From: Lama guanicoe
Lineage: Eukaryota
DNA length: 64,000 nucleotides
Assembly: GCA_013239625.1 (NCBI GenBank)
Contig: MU054323.1
Coordinates: 12,345,694-12,409,693, forward strand
Direction: 5' to 3'
A program made the translations under genes and the position numbers. The notes beneath the pieces were generated by a model. It was not told where the DNA came from. It made no database searches and was given only the letters and a program-made list of their open reading frames with translations. The number at the start of each line of letters is the position of its first letter. Position 1 is the stretch's first letter. Shown in pieces: positions 55,486 through 64,000 of the stretch.

Positions 55486-56086
55486 ATTACTTCTGAGTGG
55501 TCATTAACCAGAGGTGGTATCAGAGTGCCTCAGAATTTTTGTCAAATTCAGAAGCCCATGCTCTATCCTAGTTAAATCAGGCTCTCCAGGGTACAGGCAT
55601 GCAGAGATATATAATACAGAGATATATAATGCAGAGACGTAATTTATATTTATACTTTGTATATATATGAAAAGTTCCACAAGTGGCTCTGATGTGAATT
55701 GCTGGTGAAAAACTGTTAAGATAAAATTACTGATGCTTTAAAAAAGATTACTCAATTAGTACTTACTGAAATGTTAAAATATCACTAAGAAGACATGGGC
55801 AGATTAACATGAGTTAGCTGAATAACCAGTAAAACTTTGATGAAATTCATACTTGCAAAAACTATTATATACAGAGATCCCAATATTTCCAGGTTTTTCC
55901 TATTCAACCATATAGATCTGCAGATATAAATCAAAATCGTAGTATCACCTTACTGAAAATGTCACTCCTACCTAAGTAAGTTATTCCTTGCTGAAAGAGA
56001 CTATAAGACACACCTCATCAGCATTAAATTTCTAACTTTGCCCTCAACTGTGTAGCTTGGAGACATGTCTTTACTATGCTTCCAAA

Positions 56087-56326
56087 GCAAGGTTTCCCAA
56101 CCTTAGCACTGAAACCTTGAGCTGGATGATTTAAGGGATAGGTGGGGCACGCAGGCTGTCCTGTTTATTGTTAACACAATTAGCAACATCTCTGGCCATC
56201 ACCCACTAGACGCCAGTAGAGCCCCACCTTACTTCAGCTGTGACACCCAAAATGCTTCTGGTCATTGCCAACTATCCTTTGGAGAGAGAGGGGGCAAAAT
56301 CACTCACTCTTAGCTGAGAACCACTG
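56087..56326. mobile_element. MER20-like hAT MITE
   Basis: GGTTTCCCAACCTTAGCACT ... GGGGGCAAAATCAC..TGAGAACCACTG. Confidence 0.65.
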
Positions 56327-57060
56327 CTCTAATGAGTATTTTTCCTTCCTGGCTCTCTTCAGACAGTTTTCTCTTTTCTAAGCTAGTGCATTATCTCAAT
56401 TTCTTCATACAGGACAAAGTGAGCAGACCCCAAAAAATGGCTGGCTGGCGTTTTTTATTTCAAAAAGAAGCAATATGTTAACTAGTATAAGCACTTCTCA
56501 CTTAGCTATCAGCAACACATTGGTAAAATTGGGTGTGAATCCTCATTCAAGCACTTACCAGCAATGCAGTCTTGAGCAAGTCACTTCTCCAAATCTGTTT
56601 CCTCATCTGCAAAATGGGAATAACAGTATCTACTTTGCAGAGTTGCTACATTAGAGATGACTTAAGTAAAATAATTCTGTGCCTAGCATTTAGTAGAATT
56701 TCAATAAATGATGGCTATTATTATATTAATACCACAAAGGTTGATAGTATTGAAGGATATCAGACACCCTCTGAAATGCTTCTAATAGTATTCCAACTTT
56801 ATTGTGCATTAGAATCAACTGTGATGTTTTGTTAAAAATTGAAGATCCCCAATCTCATCCTCCCAGAGGTCCAGGAACAACACTAGAAAAACCGGCTGAG
56901 ATTTTTTTTATATTCTACTTGACTCTGGTGTATTTTCACACTACTGTAAAACTCTGCAGCATTCTAAGACACAAGAAATAAGTAATACATGAAAACAACT
57001 GAACCATATAAACTGTCATATAGAACAAAAACTGCTTTAAAAGTAATGATGTTTTAACAG

Positions 57061-57066
57061 TTTATT
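57061..57066 (-). terminator. Candidate DPY30 polyadenylation signal AATAAA
   Basis: TTTATT on the + strand about 260 nt after the stop codon, followed on the minus strand by U/GU-rich sequence. Confidence 0.65.
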
Positions 57067-57322
57067 TTGAAGGTCATTTTAAAAACAAAGTTAAAGACAA
57101 TCTGAGAAAAAATTGCACAGGATACACTCATTAAATAAGTATGGTGATTAAATCAGTACAGGGAATATGTTTTCTTCTGCAACTCTGGAAATGAGTTCTG
57201 TTGTCCTGAAGGTTCATATACTTCCAAAAAGCAGGAGGGGGGGGGGATCATGGCAATTAAAGCTGCCTCTTAATCATTTAAATCTACAGTAGAAACCAAA
57301 TTTTTCTGTTCTTCCCAATAAG

Positions 57323-57395
57323 TCAGTTTCGATCTTCAAACTGTGCCTTGTTTTTTAAAAGATATGATGCTAGAAATTCAATGGGATTTGGTGGT
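57323..57395 (-). CDS. DPY30: DPY30 last coding exon: (R)[27 protein letters not shown]
   Basis: TTCCTTTACAG acceptor, phase 2 matching the previous exon. TGA stop at 57325-57323. Matches the DPY30 C-terminus. Confidence 0.96.
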
Positions 57396-58083
57396 CTGTA
57401 AAGGAAAAGAAATTCAAAATTTAGAAATTTTTATTTGAGATGTGTTCAGTTAAATGTATTGTTCTATAATGGAAAGACATCTTTCTAAGTTTAATTCTCA
57501 TTTTCCACTCAAAGGCCATTTGTAGTAAATATGGTAAATGAGATAGGCAAGCAAGGTAGCCAACAACATAGATTAAAGAGACTGAAGTTTCTGTACAACA
57601 TAAATCTAGTTATGAACTCAATTCTAAAACACAAGTTTCAAAAATTTACTGACAATGGAATGATGATTATCCCAGGGGAGTAACGACTTGAAGGAGTCAC
57701 AAAGAGGCTTCTGGGGTGCTGGCAGTATTATTCACTTACTTGATCTGAGTGCAAGTTACCTGAGTATATCTGTTTTCTGAAAACTCATCAAGCTGTACAC
57801 CTATGGTATTTGTAATTTTCTGTATAAGTATTATCCTTCAATAAGAGTAGACAATCAGTATGTTTTTGTTTTGGAAATGGCTATAGCATCACTGAGCCAT
57901 GTAGATGAATTCCCCAAGTTACTAATCAAAGGAAGCAATACTCATTTGGACAATAAGCTCTGTTATGTTTCTTTTCAAAAAGTCACTTCTATTTTTCTTC
58001 AAATATTTAAATCAATAATAACTCTAATACTGCCACCACACAGAAAACCTAGGAAGTTAAACATATTTTAAAATTAAGAGGTG

Positions 58084-58410
58084 GGCTAGAGCAGGACTTG
58101 GAGGAAGGTGGTCAAAAGGTACAAAATTCCAGTTATAAGTACTAGGGAGGTAATGTACAACACGATGACTATAGTTAACACTGCTGTACAATATATGGGA
58201 AAGTTGTTAAGAGAGTAGCTCCTAAGAGTTCTTAGCACAAAAAAAAAATTTTTCTTTTTTCTTTTCATTGTGTCTATACATGAGATAATGGATGCTAAGG
58301 AAACCTACATAGTAATCATTTTACAATATATGTAAATCAAACCATCGTGCTGTACACCTTAAACTTACACAGTGATGTATGTCAACTTTTTCTCAATAAA
58401 ACTGGAAAAA
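58084..58410 (+). mobile_element. L1MA-type 3' end in the last DPY30 intron
   Basis: L1MA 3'UTR ending CTCAATAAAACTGGAAAAA. Flanking repeat TTAAGAGGTG on both sides. Confidence 0.7.
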
Positions 58411-59788
58411 AATTTTAAGAGGTGTTACTTCATATTTATCACTTTTACATATGTTATTCTTGCTGATAAAACAAGTCTAAAGATGAAAAGTTGGGGGAAA
58501 TGTCTCTTTTTAAACCCACTATGAAAAGGCATAATTAGAATTGATTTAGAATGATCTCAAAACATTCTCTTAGCACTTTAAACAGCCTTTTGAACTAACT
58601 AGACAGAGATAACACTTGTCACATAATATTTATGGTTAATTTGATTAATTATTTTGCAAAAATGCCTTAGTTAAAAATAGTATTTACCAATAGCATGTTA
58701 CTTAAAAACTTTTTTTCTTCTAGCATTTAAAATATATAGAATTAAAATATATATGCCTTCTTTAGAGAAAGAACAAAAAAGTATAAAAGATGCCCATATT
58801 TTAATTGCCAATACTAAAGCCAAGACATATCTTGCTTGTAGCCATAAATAAATCCTATTTTATAAATATAACAATCTAAAACAAAGATTTAATGTTTATT
58901 CAGTCAATTTTTTAATTTAAAACTAATTAATATAGCTATTCTAAATCAATAATTCACTCTTACTATAAGATATGTTTCCGTCAAGCTCCTTATCAAGTTA
59001 TGTCAGTATGCTACAGTGTTCAAGAAAAACATAATTTACACCCAATAAATGTTGACTAATGTAACTTACAAAAAATTTACTTTGGATTTACTTATACAAA
59101 AAGAATTTAAGTAGAACTACTGAGAAAAACATGTACAGAAAAAGAAAAACTGTAATCTTGCTCATAAAGAAATGTAAATTAAAACAAGTTGGCAAAAAAG
59201 TTTAGAACACTCATGCTGTTGAGGCTATGATGACATTGGAAGAATTTTAAGGATAAACTTTTGGACAAAAATACGATATTATGTGTCAAACACTATAAAA
59301 ATAGTCATGTCATTTGAGTTAGCAAACCAACTCTTAGAAATTTATCATAAGAAAGTAAGTAAACAGAAGCAAGAGTATGAAAACAGATAAGCTGCCTGGT
59401 GACCAACAATAACAAAGGAAATTAGACTTAAATGTTTAACAGTAGGAAAGTAGCTAAGTTAACTGTGGTATTATTATAATTTCATTTATAATCATGAAGG
59501 CTCTGTAGAAATATGGAAAAAATTTTGTTATAATTTTAAGTAAAAAGGAAATATAAAATTATATGTATACCACGATTACAAATCCTTACAGATATGCGTA
59601 TGATCTAAGACCAGTAGAAAAAATAAGTGTCTGAATTGAGATTATGGCTGACTTCTTTAAAAAAAAAATAGTATCTATAAATTCTTTATACAGTAAAAAA
59701 TAACTATACATGACTAACGATATTTCAACTAGGGAAGTTTTTATTTTGCTTTTTCTGGTAACTCCATTTGTAGACACTATTATCTTAC

Positions 59789-59931
59789 CTTTCCTTTGCA
59801 AGCACAGCAAGTCCTTGCAATAAGATAGGCACAACTGTCTGATCCAGATAGGCACGAGTTGGCAAAGACTGGAGATCCACTTTCTGTTTTGATGACTTTT
59901 CTGCATTAATTTTCTCATTTTCTACTATCCT
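59789..59931 (-). CDS. DPY30: DPY30 penultimate coding exon (143 nt): [47 protein letters not shown](R)
   Basis: CACCAG acceptor and AAG|GTAAGA donor. Peptide is the Dpy-30 dimerisation motif of the COMPASS subunit DPY30. Upstream exons were not seen in the window. Confidence 0.96.
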
Positions 59932-61140
59932 CTGGTGAATTCAAGAAACATGCATGAATATTAAAAGATAAGTAGATTATTTTGAGTGCTAAACCAAAAT
60001 TAATGGATATATAACACTAATAGAAAAGGTAAATCAATGACTAAAAAGCTGGCATTGAGCTATAAATCTCTCTGCCAAAATAAAATCAGACCCATCCCTA
60101 AATTTCATTCAAGCATTTTCTCTCTGAAGGCACCATATCTCACTTTTTGTAATGGTATATCTCCAGATCCTACAATTTTCTCTTTCCTTCTGCCTTTTAG
60201 GAATAAATACAAGGTTTTTTTTGTTTTGTTTTGTTTTTCATGAGAACACCTTCTTATGGCGTGCTTCAAAAAAAAAAATCTGAACATGACACTAAGTAGC
60301 ATTGAATTAGAGTAAGAAAGCTAGTGTTGTTTCAATTTTTTCATCGCAGATAACATCAAGGACAAAGTCTCAGTTTGGTACTAATATGTCTTTAACACTT
60401 CCGCAACACTTGCTGAACTCCCTTAACAGAGAGAGAGCAAGCTTCAGGCTCAGAGCCGTCAACTGCCAACAGAATCTAGCAAAATTCATTACCACTGTTT
60501 TGAGGCTTTTTAATTGATTGTTCTTTTTTCTTTATAGTCATTTTTAATTACATCTATTCATATATTAACTGTTTCACAATCCACGTTATTACTTATTTGA
60601 AATTTTACATCTTAAAATAAGGATAAAGTATCTGAAGTTAACCAACTTGGAAAAGTTGAAATTTATCTTGATATTAACGGGCTTTAGTGGACGCTGCTGG
60701 TGCCCTATTTAGATCCCCTTTATCAGCCCTGCACCTCTCTTACAACTGATAAGAATATTACTACTGTTTTCTATTCACTATCTTCATTTTTATGGTTACC
60801 CTCTACCACAGTGAGAATGTTTTTCCATTTGTTTCTTTTTTTAAAGAAATGCATCTGTAATTTTTCAAGTGAATAAATTTAACAAAAAATATAAGTAAAT
60901 AATAGCTAAAAAAAGGAGAAATGACTAATATATGAAAGATCATTAATGTGATATTTAAATGATGTTTAGGAAACAATGACTTATATTCCTAAGAACCCCC
61001 AAATTCTGGACCTTTCATATAGATTTATCTGACATCTAGAGCATCAAAAACTATTTTATTGAAAAACTTTGCCTTCCTTCAAAAATGTACCATTTAAAAA
61101 ATTTAGAAATAAGTGGCTATCTAAAAGACAAAGACTATTA

Positions 61141-61438
61141 TTTTTTAACTTTTTTTTTTATTGTAGTCAGTTTACAATGTTCTGTCAATTTCTGGTATAC
61201 AGCATAATGTTTCAGTCATACATGAACATACATACATTCATTTTCATATTCTTTTTCACCGTAAGTTACTACAAGATATCAAATATAGTTCCCTGTGCTA
61301 TACAGTATAAACTTGTTTGTGTATTTTATATATACCAGTCAGTATCAGCAAATCTTTAACTCCCAATTTATCCCTCCCCACCCCCTCCCCCTCTGGTAAC
61401 CATAAGTTTGTTTTCTACATCTGTGAGTCTGTTTCAGT
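61141..61438 (-). mobile_element. Short young L1 3'UTR insertion in a DPY30 intron
   Basis: Reverse complement of the same 3'UTR, with a poly-T on the left. TSD AAAAGACAAAGACTATTA / AAAAGACAAAAACTATTA. Confidence 0.8.
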
Positions 61439-61974
61439 AAAAGACAAAAACTATTAAAAGTACTTTCATTTAAATGAACTTTTCCTCCAATCATACTCAA
61501 ACTGGATATCAATGAGTCAGTAATACCAAAAAATTTTTTTCTACACTTGTTTTAAGATTTAATTTGTAAAAAGTACCATGGTTTCCAAAGACACTTCCCA
61601 GAGCGATGTCAGGCAACTCTTCTAGTTTTGCTTATGATTTTTCAATCTAATTTGCGACTTAATAAGAAAATAATTATCTACACTTAATGTATAAAATAGC
61701 TATGTATTTGCCCATGGATTAAGAAACTTATTGTTCATCAGTAAATTTCAACAGATAGTACTCAAATATGACAAAAACTAGTCAGTTTCATGACGTCCCA
61801 GTGCCTTCAATAAGAACAGCAATGCCTAAGCAACTCCTATGGATCCTGTAATAAACTCCTTAACCAAATCCTCTCATTTATTTCATCCAAACATTTACTG
61901 AATAACCACTATGCACCAATTACTATGCTTAATTTTAGTTAACTGAAAATCCTCAATTAATCTAAAAAAATATA

Positions 61975-62215
61975 CATTGAACCTTGAACAATACAGGGGT
62001 TAGGGCACCGGCCCTCTCTGTGCAGTCAAAAATCTGTGACTAATTTATAATTGGCCCGCCTGTAGGCAGTTCCTCTGTATCCATGGTTCTCTATCTGTAG
62101 GCCCACAGATTAAACCAACCAGGGATCGTGAAGTACTATAGTATTTACTACTGAAAAAAATCCATGTATAAGTGGACCCACACAGTTCAAACTTATGTCG
62201 TTCAAGAGTCAATTG
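61975..62215. mobile_element. Tigger2-type (TcMar) MITE
   Basis: TIRs CATTGAACCTTGAACAA ... TTCAAGAGTCAATTG flanked by TA. Confidence 0.7.
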
Positions 62216-62229
62216 TATATCCAAACAAA

Positions 62230-63860
62230 CAAACAAAACTGTTAACAGTGTAGAACAGTGATCACAAAAACTGAAAAAAAGGAGGTGAGTCTTATGATTT
62301 CCCCAGCTTACTGCATCCTGCCTGGAGAACTTACACAACGCAACCCAGAGAAAAGGAACCCAAGCAGAGCCCTGCAGGCTCCCTATGATGAGAAAACAGA
62401 GTTGAAAATTCAGGGAGACCAAGACAACCAGAGTTTGAGGGCAGAGTACTGAAGAGGAGAGTTGCAATGGAGAGGAGAGAGTGGCATGGAAAAAGACTAA
62501 AGAGAGTGAATTCTTATCATTTATCAGATGAGTACTTATCAGTGTGTTATTGGAGGGAACTACCCAAGGCTAAGGGGCAAAAAACCACTTGGAAGAAGCA
62601 AGAGGCAAAAATCCCTGGAACCCACATAGGCCAGTAGTTCATGGTCCTGTAACCCAGAATTGGGAAAACCTCATAAACACGAAGCATTGAGTAGAATACA
62701 CAAGAGGAAGAAACCTTTTTTAAGGTGGTCTGGCCCCATCTAAAAAAAGCTTAAAGGCAAAACTCAAAAGGATCAAATTGTTTCCAAGGAACTTAACTGT
62801 ATCCTAAGACAACGCTCAAGAATGTTTGAAGAAATATAAACATAGCCACTACCCAACAAAGTAAAGTTCACAATGCCCAGCTGCCAATAAAAATTACCAA
62901 ATAGGCAAAGAAGCAAGAAAATATTACCCATAATGAAAAGAAAACCCAATCCACAGAAAGAGACTCAGCAGTGATACAGATGATGACACAGACAATGTCA
63001 TTAAGACAGTTATTATAATATATTCCACATGTTCAGAAAGACAGAAGAATGAGTACATTAAGCTAACAAAACATTTGAAAATATTTGAAGAAATGGCTAA
63101 AATTTTTTTCAAATTTCATGAAAACTCTAAACCAAAGATCCAAGGAACTCAATGAATCCTAAGCACAAGAAATATTAAAAAAAAAAAAGTGCACCAAAAT
63201 ACATCATAATCAAATTACTTATAATCAAAACCAGTAATAAAATCTTGAAAGCCCCAAGAGAAGACATTAACTAAAGAGGAGCAAAGATTGGTATGATAGC
63301 AAACTTCACATCAGAAACAGTATCAGCCAGGAGACACTGGAGTAAATCTACACTCAGCAAAAGTAACTCAAAAACAAAAGCAAAGTATTTAACTTTTCAG
63401 ACATTCAGAACCTTAAAGAATGCCTTACTAGCAGACCTCCACTACAATACATGTTAAAGAAAGCCCTTCAGGGGCAAGGAAAATGATACCAGATGGAAAC
63501 CTGGATCTACACAAAAGAATGAAGAGCCCAGAAATGATAACTACATGGCTAAATGTGAAACAATCCTTTCTCTTACTGTTTAAATCTCTTTAAAGATAAG
63601 GGACTTTTTAAAGGAAAAAAATAAAAATAATCAATTGCAGGGTTTATAACATCTGTAGAAGCACAATATATGAAAATAATAGTATACAAGCCAGGAGAGC
63701 AGAAATGGAAGGATACTGGTGTAAGGTCTTTATACCATACATGAAAATATACAACATTTGAAGGTAAATTGTGGGAAGTTAAACTTGTGTACTGTAAATC
63801 CTAAAGCAATCACCTAAAAAAATTACAAGTCAATAAACGAAATCAAATGGAATCATAGGA
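62230..63860 (+). mobile_element. Old L1 5'/ORF1 region
   Basis: ORF1-like decayed text (CCAAAGATCCAAGGAACTCAATGAATCC; GCAGACCTCCACTACAA; GGAAAATGATACCAGATGGAAA). Confidence 0.65.
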
Positions 63861-64000
63861 GAAAAAGCAGCAGCAGCTAGAGTAGTGGTTTCCAGACTTT
63901 CAGATACCACAAACAAGTAAACTAAAAATAATACAATGAATGAAGGGACTAACATAGGGTTGTTAACTCTATTTCACCAAGTAAAATCATACGAACAAGC

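Overview
This is mammalian genomic DNA, AT-rich and dense in repeats. It is most likely from a camelid, judged from tRNA-Ala-derived Vic-1-like SINEs and recurrent young L1 3' ends. Two minus-strand genes lie in tandem. The last two coding exons and 3' end of DPY30 are at about 57.0-59.9 kb. The CpG-island promoter and first two coding exons of MEMO1 follow (49318-49258 and 5310-5229), separated by a 43.9 kb intron. That intron holds a full-length TUBA1A processed pseudogene and a degenerate replication-dependent histone H2A retrocopy nested in an old L1. It also contains a 5'-inverted (twin-primed) L1, nested L1/LTR stacks, L2/MIR remnants and hAT DNA transposon relics. I see no evidence of a new multi-gene system. 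The noteworthy items are retrotransposition oddities, a frameshift-rescued long ORF in the tubulin retrocopy, possible gene conversion between two L1 copies, an unusual MEMO1 residue and the DPY30-MEMO1 read-through geometry. Gene and repeat-family identifications come from recalled sequence, not database searches, and repeat boundaries are approximate.
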